Source of the DNA: Lama glama
Taxonomy: Eukaryota
Assembly (NCBI GenBank): GCA_028534125.1
Contig: CM052817.1
Span: forward strand, 68,078,001 to 68,142,000
DNA length: 64,000 bases
Direction of reading: 5' to 3'
Part shown: positions 23,112 to 35,364 of the stretch, piece by piece
Layout of the letters: each line of letters opens with the position of its first letter
How positions within the stretch are numbered: position 1 is the stretch's first letter
Notes under the pieces: generated by a model
What the model was told of the DNA's origin: nothing
The model's input: only the letters and a program-made list of their open reading frames with translations
Databases searched by the model: none
Program-made: the position numbers and the translations under genes

Positions 23112-24600
23112 CAGATGTTTTCAAAGGGGTAGTACAGCTCTCAAGGAGGCATTTTTTTTTTAATTGACAGGGTGTTTTCTGATGTCACAATGACTGAGGA
23201 GCAATATTGCTATTTAGTGCATAGAAGTAGGGATGCTGAACACCCTACAACACTTAAGACAGCCCTACCCAAGAAAGAGTTGTCCTGTATCCTTCATTGC
23301 TCTCAAATTTCCTATCAGACATTCATGTAGGTGCAAAATCTGTTTTCAAAATTAACTCAGTCTAAAAACTAATGTCATTTTGTATATAACACAAAGTATT
23401 TTTTGGCATTGTTTTAATCTGCCCATGGTATTTGAGTCTCTAATAGTGTATCAGTCTGCATTTATAGCTCTCCATTCTTAGTGATTCTGTATATGAATGC
23501 AAACATGACTGTTTTGTATGTTTCACGTCCTGGTGCCTGAGTATTTGCATATTGAAATATGCATAATTTTATTACAAACTATGTTATCTCTTTTTTATAT
23601 GATAGTTAGGCATTGCATTGATTTTTTGAAAATTATCAGTGTAATAGATTTTATTATCTGTCAGTTTCATTTCAAGAATGTAGATGTTGCTACAAAAGAT
23701 TTCATATTAAAAGGGAAGTTTAGTTTACTCATTCACCCATTGATAGACATTTGGATTATATTTATCTTTTGCCTATTACAAATAATACTGCTGTAAACAT
23801 TTGTATGTAAGTTTCTATGTAGACATGTTTTAATTTCTCCTGGGTCACATGGCAATTCTATATTTAACTTTTTGAGGAACCACCAAACATTTTTTTGTAA
23901 CTGCACCATTTTACATTCCAGCCACGTACAAGGGTTCCTATTTCTCTACATCCTTGTTATAATTATTTCCTGGTTAAAAAAAAATTACTATAGCCATCCT
24001 GCTGAGTCTATAGTGGTATCTCATTGTGGCTTTTATTTGTATTTCTTTAATGACCAATGCAATTGAAGGTCTCTTCCTGTGTTTTTCAGCCATTGGTCTA
24101 TCTTCTTTGGAAAAATGTTTATTCAAGTATATTTCTCATTGTTTAATTAGATTATTTATCTTTTGTTGTTGAGTTGGATAAGCAAGTTGTGGTATATACA
24201 TATAATGGATATTATTCAGCCTTAAAAAAGAACAAAGTTCTGAAACATTCTGCAACTTGGATAGACATCAAAAGCATTATGCTACGTGAAAGATGTCAGA
24301 CATAAAAGGTCACATGTATGATTCCTTTTATATGATATATCCAGAATAGACAAATCCATAGCGACAGAAATAAGATTAGTGGTTGGCAGGAGATGAGGGG
24401 AAGGAAGAATGGGGAGTGATTACTTAAAGGGTAGGGAGTGTTCTTCCCGGGTGATGAAAATGTTTTGAAACTAGAGGAGTGGTGGTTGCCCAATATTGTG
24501 ACTGCACGAGATGCTTTAAAATGGTAAATGTATATTATGTGAATTTTACCTCAGTTTTTTAAAAAGGGAAGAATTAGGTCTAACAAGTTGAAAATAATGT
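23112..24600 (+). mobile_element. MER20B-like hAT-Charlie element, split by an L1 at 23719-24561
   Basis: cattcatgtaggtg...ggtatttgagtc...tatcagtctgcattt; the terminal piece ggtctaacaagttgaaaataatg resumes after the L1. Confidence 0.75.
23719..24561. mobile_element. L1MB-like element with 5' inversion (minus 23719-24174, plus 24175-24561)
   Basis: Two opposite-orientation L1 segments that are adjacent in the L1 consensus, flanked by TSD aaaagggaag (23709-23718 / 24562-24571). Confidence 0.85.
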
Positions 24601-24602
24601 TA

Positions 24603-25089
24603 TAGGAGTGCCTGACCAACTTTTTCCCTCATGGACCCCATCAGCCACCTATAAGGCCTATGAAACGCTTCTCAAAATAATGTTTGCAAATGCATAAAAT
24701 AAAATACATAAAGAGTAAACCAACTGCACTCAAATATATTTACAAAAATATTTTAGAAAAAAACATTGTGATCCAATAACATTCTTGCTTCTTCATTGAA
24801 GCATTAAGTGATTTGATCTAGCAGCAGATCTAATAACTACCACAATTTTGAAGTAGTGATGGATATAAATGATATTTAGAGACATCTGCAACATCAGAAA
24901 AATAACATAACAATTATATACCATTTCTACTGGAGACAAAAATTATAGGTAATACTGACACCACTATAGAATTTGTTGCCTACATTCATAAATGCTAAAT
25001 TTTAATTAGAAGTAAGTGAAAATAAAGATGCAATCTTTTTTTAAACATCCAAGTTCACTGGCCCCCTAAATTCTACCTCAGAACCCCTG
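24603..25089 (+). mobile_element. MER119-like hAT-Charlie element
   Basis: atggacccc...ttctcaaaataatgttt...catccaagttcac...agaacccctg. Confidence 0.75.
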
Positions 25090-25142
25090 GTAGCAAACAT
25101 CTAGTAAAGGGAAGGGCATATATTCTTTCCCTTTTGCTGAGT

Positions 25143-25355
25143 AGATACTAGCTACTATATATAAAACAGATAACAAGTTTATACTCCATAGCACAGGGAA
25201 CTATATTCAATATCTTGTAGTAACCTATAATGAAAAAGAATATGAAAAGGAATATATGCATGTATATATATGACTGAATCATTATGCTGTACACCAGAAA
25301 TTGATGCAACATTGTAAACTGACTACTTCAGTTAAAGAAAGAAAGAAAGAAAGAG
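25143..25355 (+). mobile_element. Short L1 3' end with (GAAA)n tail
   Basis: ctactatatataaaacagataac...gcacagggaactatattcaatatcttgta...aaagaaagaaagaaag. Confidence 0.85.
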
Positions 25356-26509
25356 AAGAGCTGAACAGAACAGAGGACAAAGGAAAAAGAAAAGCATGTT
25401 GGTGCATTGGATTCCTCTTTAAGGCTGTCATGACTAAAGAGTAGATAAGACATCTCTCTGTTCTCTTTCATATCCTTTTTCTTTGGTTTGTTTTTCTTTC
25501 CTGTTTTCAGAGAGCTATTGATCCAAGTCTTGACGAAACAATTGGCCCAAGAAGCAGACTGACCCAGAGAATAGAGACATAATTGGTGGAAAGATGAGAA
25601 ATTAGTTTTATTCTCCTATGTCTGAAAAAAAAAGTGTCATTATCATGTAGAACTTCTTTTTTGAATGTGCGTATATATGAAAATAAATCAATGTCCTGAG
25701 GCCCATACACCTCTTAAAAATAAAATAGAAGACAATCGGGTTGTTTCTAACCAAGTCCCAGTGATGTGCACAGTACATTTGGTATTAAGCTTTCAGTCTT
25801 TCTGGCTATTTACTAAATTGGATGTAATAAAATTTATCCATCATACAAGAATCACATGTGATTTAACCACACATTGTTAAATGGCATGAAAAAATAGAAA
25901 GTTTTGCTTGATTAAGTCTTATTACTGCTTCTAGGCTAAAATAATCAAGAGAAATTTCAGCTCTGAATGACACATTATAAATCCCTTATAATATTATAAA
26001 TCTAGTAATCATAGTAATATTCTAATCCAATTCAAGAGTGAGCTACTAAATTGGTAATAATAGGTCCCAAACAAAATCTAATGAGACAACCCATTTTCCC
26101 TGCCCCCTTCCTAGATTTTCCCTTCAGGCTTTGAGCAGGGGGAATTAATTTTGTTTTTAAATGGCTTAACCATGGAACTTCTATTTTTTTCTCTTTTATA
26201 CTATTCTAATTACATGGAATAATGGTTTTCCAATTGGATTCAAAAGAACCCTGGGTTCCAAAGGCAATTCCTTGAAATAAATTTAAAGTAACCCATTGCA
26301 AGAAAATATTAATTTATATCAGGATTAATTTATATCAAAACTCATCCTCACACCACAGAAGAATCTCAGGGCCCAATAAAAGAATGTAGAACAGTTTCAT
26401 AATTTCAGTTGATGATTCTTGTGTTAGAAACTCAGTAGCTGAGGAATTTCCTTGTTTGAAAATACGTTTTTAGAAAGAGAACTTGTCCTTTCCCTCCCTT
26501 TTTTATTCG

Positions 26510-26875
26510 TCCCTTCATTCATTTAAGTAATATTTACTAAAGATGTACCATGTGTCAGGAACTATGATAGTAATTGGATATAGAATGATGAAAAAATAGG
26601 AAGATTATCTGCCATTAAGATGCTTAGGGTCTGGTGAAGGATTCAGGCACAAACAAATAATCACCTAAACCTATTGATAGGATTAAAGACTGAGATAAGT
26701 GCTATGAAGGAAAATGTAGGAAGCTGTGACAGGAAAGAGGGGGGCTTGATTTAGGTTGAAGATCAGGGAAGGCCTCAGTATGAATATGATACCCAAAGAA
26801 GAAGTAGGAGATAGCCATGGGTAAAGTGATATAGGGAAGAGAATGTGCAAAGGTCCTGAGGTCATATTTGCCTGA
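26510..26875 (-). mobile_element. L2 3' fragment
   Basis: ttcattcatttaagtaatatttact...gatcagggaaggcctc...gcaaaggtcctgagg. Confidence 0.7.
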
Positions 26876-26922
26876 GAAATATTTTCTGAGAAAACATTTG
26901 CCACAATATATGAAATACATTA

Positions 26923-27356
26923 TGTTTTTGCAGGATAGATTGTCCAGGAAGCAGAAACTGAGACAGAATATTTATTAGAAAGTGCCCTTAGGATCCATCC
27001 CTGTGGAAGACAGGGGAAGGATTCAGGATTTGGCTGAGGGAGAAGTCCATTTGTAATACAGACCCAAACAACAGCTCTGGCTGACCATGCAGGAAGTTCT
27101 AGAGGTCAAATGACCTGCAGGCTGGTCTCCTAGTGGGCCAGAATGGCTGGACCTTTGTAACCATATATCCATCACATCAGTCTTTGGATGTAAGCCACTA
27201 TGGTAAGGGTATGACTTTGGGCAAGGTGGCTCTACAGTGATGCCATCCCTGAAGGACCTAACAGTTGAAGGCTCTCTGCTAGTAGCACTTCCTGCAGCTA
27301 TTGACAAGCCCCTCCTGGAAAGGGGATCTGGACGGCACAGCTCCACGTTCATCACA
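26923..27356 (-). mobile_element. LTR16-like ERVL solo LTR inserted into an old L1 fragment
   Basis: TG...CA ends; ccaggaagcagaaactgaga...gggcaaggtggctct...aggggatctg...atcaca. L1-like sequence lies on both sides. Confidence 0.75.
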
Positions 27357-28289
27357 AACAAGCTTTTACAAATAAATAAAAAAAAATAACCCAATAACCA
27401 ACAGAGTAGAAGACAAAAGGGGCAATTCACAGAAAAATCACAAGTTGTTGATAAACATAGAAAAATATGCTCAACTATTGTTAGCAATAAAGAAAAATGC
27501 AAACTAGACAGAGAAGCCTTTTTGTTTCATTGTGCATTGCATTGGCAAGAGTTTAATGATGGTGATATCCATCGTAGATGAAGGTGAAGCTGCTCTGCCT
27601 CTTGTCCTGGGATTCCTGAACAATGGTCCCTCTCAATGTGATACAGCTTCCTCAGTGAAGGAGCATCTCTGTTAGATTGTGGACCACAGTTTTCAGTAAC
27701 TAAGGTGAATTTCCACACTGGGTGTGGGGAGAGGGAAATTAAACTATTAAATGGACTGATTCATTTAACTATCTCCACGGTCCATGGGAAAAGTAAGCAG
27801 AAAATTCTATAGGGGTTCATCATAAAAAAAAAAATCTCAATTTCTATCCTTCTAGTCTGAGTCTTAGCTATTTTGAGGTGAGAAGTTATAATTTTTGTTT
27901 ATTTATCCAAGAAAGTACTTATCTGTGTTTATGTATACACTAATAAACAGAGAGAAAAATCTGGAAGGACATCTCTGAATAGTTTTTTTTTAATTGTCAT
28001 TGTTACAATAGCATGTATTATTTTAGTATTTTTTAAAAGCTTTAGATGCTCTTGGAGCAAACGTGATGCCTTCCAATATAATAAGCATTTTCTGAGCCCC
28101 CCAGTAGCTAACCATTTTCAGAGTCTCATCCAACCCCCAATGGACAGTCTCTTTTTCATGAGCGTAAGACACTCATTAAGAATCACCCCTGCTCTGACCG
28201 CCCTCTTCCAGAAAAATTTAGGCAGAAAAAAAGCAAGGGAGGAAGATAGGACAAAAGACAGTCCACACTGGATGGACCACAGTGATTAA

Positions 28290-28560
28290 CAAAGAAGAGT
28301 AGTAGACAGATCATGTAGAGCCTTATTTTCAGGATTTTGGAAATTATCTTAAATGCAGTAGGAACACAATGAGGGGTTTTAAGCAGGGGATGTCGTGATT
28401 CATCTTGTTTTATAGCTATCACCCTGGTTGCAGTATGACCATTCAATTGGAGGGGTGCAAGTATGGCATCTAGGGGTCTGATTAGGAGGCCATTGGAAGA
28501 ATCCGAGCAAGGTACAATGGGGGCATCGGGAGTGGCAGCAAAATGGTGGAAAACAGAAGG
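28290..28560 (-). mobile_element. L2 fragment
   Basis: cagatcatgtagagcctt...gggttttaagcagggg...ttaggaggc. Confidence 0.65.
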
Positions 28561-30954
28561 CTCTCCTGTGGTCACGGAGCTCATAGACAAGGTAGGGAAG
28601 CTGAGACAGGGAAAGATTTCCAGGGTGGAGGAGCAAGAACAAATCCAGTACGCAGGAAGATAGGAGAGTCTGAGAGAAAGAAGAAGGCCAAAGATGACTG
28701 AATATAGAGGGGAACTGAGAACTGTGAAACTAAGAAAGAATGAATTAAAGGCAAAATGGAAAAAAAGTTAGGAAGATGGGTGGGGCTGTAGTTTGGAGGC
28801 CATAAAACAGTGGTGATCTGTATCTTTGAGCACCAAATAAAAAAAAGTTGACATGATTGTGTACTTTAAAAAAAATTTAATGTTGTATCTTTAAAAAATT
28901 TTTTTATTAGAAAAACAAGTGTCTGGTACTATGTTTAAGCAGCTGGATTATTTTCCTGTTATTGGAGTATATCTCTTTTATCACAAAATATTAAAATTAT
29001 ATAACATCTGCTCAGTGGTGCCTGGTGCGATGCAGCACATCTGAAGAGACTTTCTAATCGAGGAAGATATTTCTGAATCTAGTTTATTGTATCTTTCTTG
29101 ACTTAACTTCCAAGCTACTTAATTCTAAAATACACTTTTTTCTCCTAGAGACACTTAATATTGTATTCTTTAAGATAAGGGATTTTTTTTCTATTGCAAA
29201 TGAGATAAACAGTAATACCTCTAACACAAAGAATGACTTAATTAACATAATTTGAATCAAAAGTCTTTCATGGCAGTAGCCATAATTGGAGTTACAAATT
29301 TTGTGGAATAAATGACTCTCCTCAGCCCCATCTGGGGTTCAGGTTAGAAGACTCTCCAGGAGAGATCTCCTAGGATCCAGACTCTCTAAGGACCTGTAGC
29401 AAGGGAATAGCAATTATCCATCCTAATCACGCAAAGGAAACCAGCATCATCAGAACTATTCATGGGTCCTGTGTTCCCCAGCCCTTCTCATAGAAGACCA
29501 ATCAGGGCTGAAAACTTCCTGTTGGGCTAACATCAACAACAGATACTCCTTACGTACTGGACCAGCCAGAGGCTCCATCAGCAATGGCCTGTGGGCTGAG
29601 CTGTCTAGGACTGAATTTGGCCTCATCTGAAGGAGGGCAAAGGGGACTGAGTAACAAGTTAAGTCACAAAGTTAAGCAGACTATAAGCTACCCCTAAATC
29701 TCTGTTCACCACCTTTCAGGTTTCAGAAGAAATGAGTATGTTTCTGGTGAGAAGTGAGTATGTAACGGTCTTTGGTGATCTTTTTAGGACAACATGCAGT
29801 CAGCCAGACTGTTAATCTAGTGCATTATTCTAGTATATACACTTTAAAAAGCTCTCACCTAATTTTAGTACATATACTTATCAAATATATCTAACCTATT
29901 ATAACATATATAACTTACGTGGAATGATATTTATTGTATAAAATCTCATTTTAGTCTTTTTCTTTCATATTTTCTCTCTCTTAAAATATTTTTAAAAACT
30001 TTAAGGGAAAATTATATTGAAATTATCTAAGTAGTCTGCTCAGACTCTTCTTGGCTGGCTTTGATATTACAGTGCCATCCACTTTATCACAGATACGTCA
30101 GGTTTCCCTAGAGAAAATCAACGACTACCATGTTCTTTAAGAAAGGAAATGCTGATAACTGATTAGCTCCATTTGCTGAAATCATTTTCCTTCTTATTAT
30201 TTTTGCTCCAGTGACTAAGAAATAATTTATTTTTATAAGTAAAAAAAAACCTTCAGAAGTAATACTTAAAAATAACTTCCCATTCACCATCTCCGAGATT
30301 ACAAAAAGAAAAAAGACATATAAGTAAAAAAATATCGAGGTAATTTTACCTTAAGAAGATGAATATAGAGATGATAGAACTAAGATGCTTTTTAAATAAC
30401 TTCTGAAAATCTACACCTTATCCTTAGCCTGTGAATATAATTATTTCACTTAATTATTATTGGATTTATTTTTTTTACTGGTCATCAGTAAAATTCAAAT
30501 TTCCCCTTCTTAGAAATGAACCTTGAGTCTTTCCTCAGACACTGGACAAGAGAGATGATTGATAAAGCATTTAATCCTGTATTTAAACAAACATTCAAAT
30601 GAACATTTTCCCTTATTTGCAGACATTATACAGTTATTTCAATTTTTTTGCCTTTGCTCAAATACTTTCAATAATCTTTTGTTGGAAATGTCATTCAGAC
30701 CAGGTTACCAGACACTTTGAAAATATCGGTCTCATCATATCATAATGATATCTCATTTTAGACCCAAAAAAGTTATTATCCAGTGAAATCATATGTCCTT
30801 TCCCTGCTTCAAATGACCTTCAGCTCTTTTCAAAAACTAAATTACTGAGAGGACAAAAATTTCTCATTATGGAGACTATACCAAAAGAATGTCATAGGCA
30901 CTGAAGGAAAAAGGACAGGAATACCCATAGATGGTTGTCCTTCCAAATCATTTT

Positions 30955-31190
30955 CAAGTCTCTCAGCTCATTTATTCTTCATGACTTTCTTCAGGTATTA
31001 TTAGTCCCATATAGGCAAAGAAACTGAATCCCGAAGAAGTCATCTTAAGTCATTCATTCGTGCATTTGATAAATAGTATGTGATGTCAACTGGGCCAACA
31101 CTGGCAGATCAGAGAGCATGTTTAAAGTTACATGGTTAGCAAGGGCCAAACCAGAACTAACTGGAATACAAGTCCAATTTTCTGCGATAT
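30955..31190 (-). mobile_element. MIR SINE (degenerate)
   Basis: ctcatttattcttcatgac...aggtattattagtccccat...gaaactga. Confidence 0.55.
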
Positions 31191-31891
31191 CATAATGCCT
31201 GTGGCAGACGATATATTCCAAAATATAAAAACCACCAACAATATCTCTCACCCTACACTCTCCAGAAGCTTGCTACTCCCCTGTCAAGAAGTGAAATTGA
31301 ACTAGAGGTGGAGAGGCAGTCCTCGTGGCATTCAAATTCATGCATGGTTCCAGTTACTGAAATTCCTGGAGCTGCTCTAATCTCTGCCTTTCCAGGAGGT
31401 GGTTGCTCAATCTTGCATCAGCTCTGGGAGACTCACTGGTACCCTGCCAGCACATCCTCTTTATTGTTCTAGTTTTAGTTACATTTCTGTCACTTGTAAC
31501 CAGGAGTCTTCACTTCCTAGAAGGCAAGTGATTGATTCAAACAAGCAGTGTGAGGATTCAAAGTGTTCAGAGCCCCCAAATTTGTCCCCTATTATACCTC
31601 TGTTACCCTCAGTGAAGTCAGGGATCACCCTCACATATCTGACTATGCTGCACTGTCTAATCTAACATGAATCCCAAGGCCCCTGTCTATAATCAACTCC
31701 TTATTTCAGAAGAGGAGAATTGATACTGAAGTTTTTTTCCCCCGTAATGGTGTTGAAATCATTCTTCATTTCAGCCCCTTCACCATTTCACTGTTTAGTG
31801 ACTAATTTTTTGGAAGAGTTCTCAAGATGATGTGCATTCTTCCAAACATAATTGTTCATTGTGGTCTAAATGTTTGTGTCCCCAGTGACAC

Positions 31892-32323
31892 AAAATTTTG
31901 CCATTTGCAACAACACGGATGGACTTGGAGGATATTATACTTAGTGAAATAAGTCAGACAGAGAAAGACACTGTATATTATCACTTATATGTGGAATCTA
32001 AAAAATAAAACAAACCAGTGAATATAATAAAAAAGAAATAGGCTTACAGATATGGAGAACAAACTAGTGGTTATCAGTAGGGAGAGAGAAAGAGGGAGAG
32101 GCAACACAGAGGTAGGGGATTAAGAGGTACGAACTACTCTGTATAGAATAAATAAGCTACAAGGACATACTGTACAGTACAGGGGATATAGCCAATATTT
32201 TATAAATGGAGTATAATCTGTAAAAATTATCAATCACTATGTTGTATACTTGAAACTCCTATAATATTGTAAATCAACGGTACCTCAATAAATAAATTCT
32301 AAGAAAAAGAAAAAAGAAAAAAG
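31892..32323 (+). mobile_element. 5'-truncated L1 3' end
   Basis: aaattttgccatttgcaacaacacggatggacttggag...tacctcaataaa plus an A-rich tail. Confidence 0.88.
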
Positions 32324-32779
32324 ATTTGTGATGTTAATGACCTTCTGATAACAAAACTTTATTACCTGAATCTGAATATTTATATGGACTGTGCCCTTTA
32401 TTTTTTTAAGGATAGGATGAGGTAAAGGAAACAAAATATTTTGTAGAGGAAAATCCTCTCACTGATATCTGCTTTACACTTCTTTATTTCAATTAAAGTT
32501 AAATAACTGTAATCAGTAGTTAAATGAAAAATCTTCTTTAGTATTATGCTTTGGTATATCTTTGTTCGCTGAGAACCAGGAAGAAAACAAGACGATCTAG
32601 AATTGTAGCCATAAAAGTTTAAAGCTGAAGTGTTTAGGTCATCTAACCTGACACTCTGGCTTCACAAATTAAAAAACAGACACAGAGAGGTTAAAGTAAC
32701 CTTTCCAAGATCTTGATAACTTTTCCAAGATCTCCATACCATAGTCTTTACTCTCTCCCTGTTAGAAAATTATTCATTA

Positions 32780-33185
32780 CTAGGTGTCATTGTAATTCCT
32801 CTCAGTAGAGTAGGTGGAAGTATATTTTTCCATCTTGTTGATGTTGAGCTTGGCCATGTAGCTGGCCAATAAAATATTAGCTTCTTAAACTTTAAATGTG
32901 TTTGTCTGATTTGGTTTGTCCTCTTGCACCTTTGCCATTCCCTCATTAGAAACAGATAGTCCAGGTGGCTGCTGGACTTGGATGATGACAACACAGCACA
33001 GCTGAAGTCTAGAGTTCAGTCACACTCGGTCAAAAATATCATCGTGTCCAAGATCAGATCCAAGATCAGATGAAGAGCAGCCAACATGCATATTCATAAG
33101 CAAGAAAAATCTTGCTTTAAGGTACTGAGACATTGAGGACTGTCTTTTATGCAGTCTTATCACAGTGAATAAGCAGATTAATAGT
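32780..33185 (+). mobile_element. MaLR LTR (MLT1H/I-like)
   Basis: gatgttgagcttggccatgt...ctcttgcacctttgccat...actgaga...ttatgcag. Confidence 0.6.
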
Positions 33186-33233
33186 CTCATAAAGGGTTAG
33201 CAAAGGTAGAATATTCAAACACTTTTTTCAAAT

Positions 33234-33722
33234 TGTATTGGTTGCAATTTGATTTATATGCATATAATAAAAAAAAAGTCAAATAACAATGGTTAAATAA
33301 AATTGAATTTTACTTCTCAGTAAAAACAGTCTAGAGTTAGGCCATCAGACATAGTTCAGTGATTCTCTGAGGTCTTTAGGTTCTTTCCTGTGCATGGCTC
33401 TCCCATCCTAAGGATATGGCCCTTGTCTTAATGGCCCTAAACTAGGAAACCTTCTGCATCCAAGGCTCAGAAAGAAAAGTGGGGGATAAAGAAAAGAATG
33501 ATATATGTTCTGTCTTTGAAGGAGATGACCTAGAATTTCCACAGAATCTCTTCTGATATTTTACTGGCCAGAACTTAGTCAAATTACCATACCTGGATGC
33601 AAAGGAGATGGAAATAAAGTCTTTTAGTTAAATAACAATGTTCCAAGCAAAAATTACAGGGTTCTATTACCAAAAAGTAAGGGAGAACAGATGTTTTGAG
33701 GTAACTAGCAGCTTCTGCCATA
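33234..33722 (-). mobile_element. MaLR LTR (MLT1J/K-like)
   Basis: tgtatt...caaataacaatggtt...ctggccagaacttagtca...ctagcagcttctgcca. Confidence 0.65.
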
Positions 33723-34337
33723 ATGGATAAATATTTGTTGCCCTATAGGAGGTGTCCAATAAATGTTAGGTGGATGGCTGATTGAAAATATTAATTAATT
33801 TTCACGATCTAAATCACCAAAAGGGAAAAAAGATAATTCACATTTGGTTATGCAATTCATTTAAAATTTGTTTTCTTGTAAATATGATGCTTTATTGTGC
33901 ATTATAAATTTTTTTGATTCCATTCAATAAATAGTACTGGGCACTACAATGTAAAAAGTATTGTGCTTGGAGCTTTTAGAATCCAGACAGGAAGAAGATA
34001 CTGTCCCAAGCTGTATGACAGACTTTAGAGGAAGCTATTGAAGTAGAATCACTGAGTTTGCAAGCTGTGTGGGACACTTCCTACAGACTAATAGCATTCT
34101 ACATTAGGGATCTTGGCTTCTATTTCTGAGGACTTTCTTCAGTGTTACTGAAACTTATTCAACACGTTAGGATAACCCAGAACTTCTTGGAATTTAATTC
34201 TTTGTGTTTGTAAAGAGGTTGTTCTGTGCATTGTATGATTATTCTGTAAATCATTATGTTTAACTGAAGAGATTGAGTTATTCAAAAGCCTTCAATTTAT
34301 AATAGATATTCAAAAGTTAAAAATAAATTGAAGTGCA

Positions 34338-35242
34338 GTCACATGAAAAGATGCTCAACATCACTAATTATTAGAGAAATGCAAATCACAACCACAATGA
34401 GCTATCATCTCACACCTGTCAGAACAGCTATCATCAAAGTCTACAAATAACAAATGCTGACAAGAATACGAAGAAAAGGGAACCCTTGTATACTGTTGGC
34501 AGGAATATAAATTGGTGCAGCCACTATGGAAAACAGTATGGAGTTTCCTCCAAAAACTAAAAATAGCCTTACCATATGATCCAGCAATTTCATTTCTGGG
34601 TATAAATCTGAAAAAAAAAAACCAACTAATGTAAAAAGATACATGTACCCTGATGTAAACACAGCAGTATAATTTACAAAAGCCAAGATATAGAAGCAAT
34701 CCCAGTGTCCATCAACAGATAAATGGATAAAGAAGATATTATTTTTATATATATATATGAAAATAATGGAATATTATATATATAATAGAATATTAATCAA
34801 CCATTAAAAAGAATGAAATTCTGCCATTTGCAACAACATGGAAGAGAGTATTATACTTAGAGATATACGTCAGATAAAGACAAATTTTGCATGTTATCAT
34901 TTATCTGTGAAATCTAAAAAATAAAACAAATGAATGTATATAACAAAACAGAAACAGACTCACAGATATAGAAAACAAACTAGTGGATATCATTTGAGAG
35001 AAGGAGGGGGAGGGGGCAAGATAGGGGTATGTGGTTAAAAGATACAAACTACTATGTATAAAATAGATGAGCAACAAAGATACATTGTACAGCACAGGGA
35101 AATACAGCCACTATTTTATAATAACTTTTAATGGAGTATAACCTATAAAAATATTGAATCACTGTGCTGTATGCCTATGACTAATATTGTAAATCAACTA
35201 TACTTCAATAAAAATTTTTCAAAAATAAAAAAACTAAAAAGT
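34338..35242 (+). mobile_element. L1 3' fragment (end of ORF2 plus 3' UTR)
   Basis: cacatgaaaagatgctcaacatcactaattattagagaaatgcaaatc...tatacttcaataaaa. TSD aattgaagtgca (34326-34337) / aattgaagtgta (35243-35254). Confidence 0.9.
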
Positions 35243-35364
35243 AATTGAAGTGTATAATAAAAGTCATAACAAAATTTTGAATATACAGAACTGTTTTTAA
35301 TTGTATTGATTTAGATAAACAGAGAATATTAATGTACAGATATTTATCTATCTCCTCTGAATGT

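Noticed and set aside
20595..27356. Two same-orientation LTR16-like LTRs about 6 kb apart as one provirus
   Set aside because: No gag or pol sequence lies between them, the interval contains L2 and hAT elements, and the second LTR is inserted in an L1 fragment. They are independent solo LTRs.
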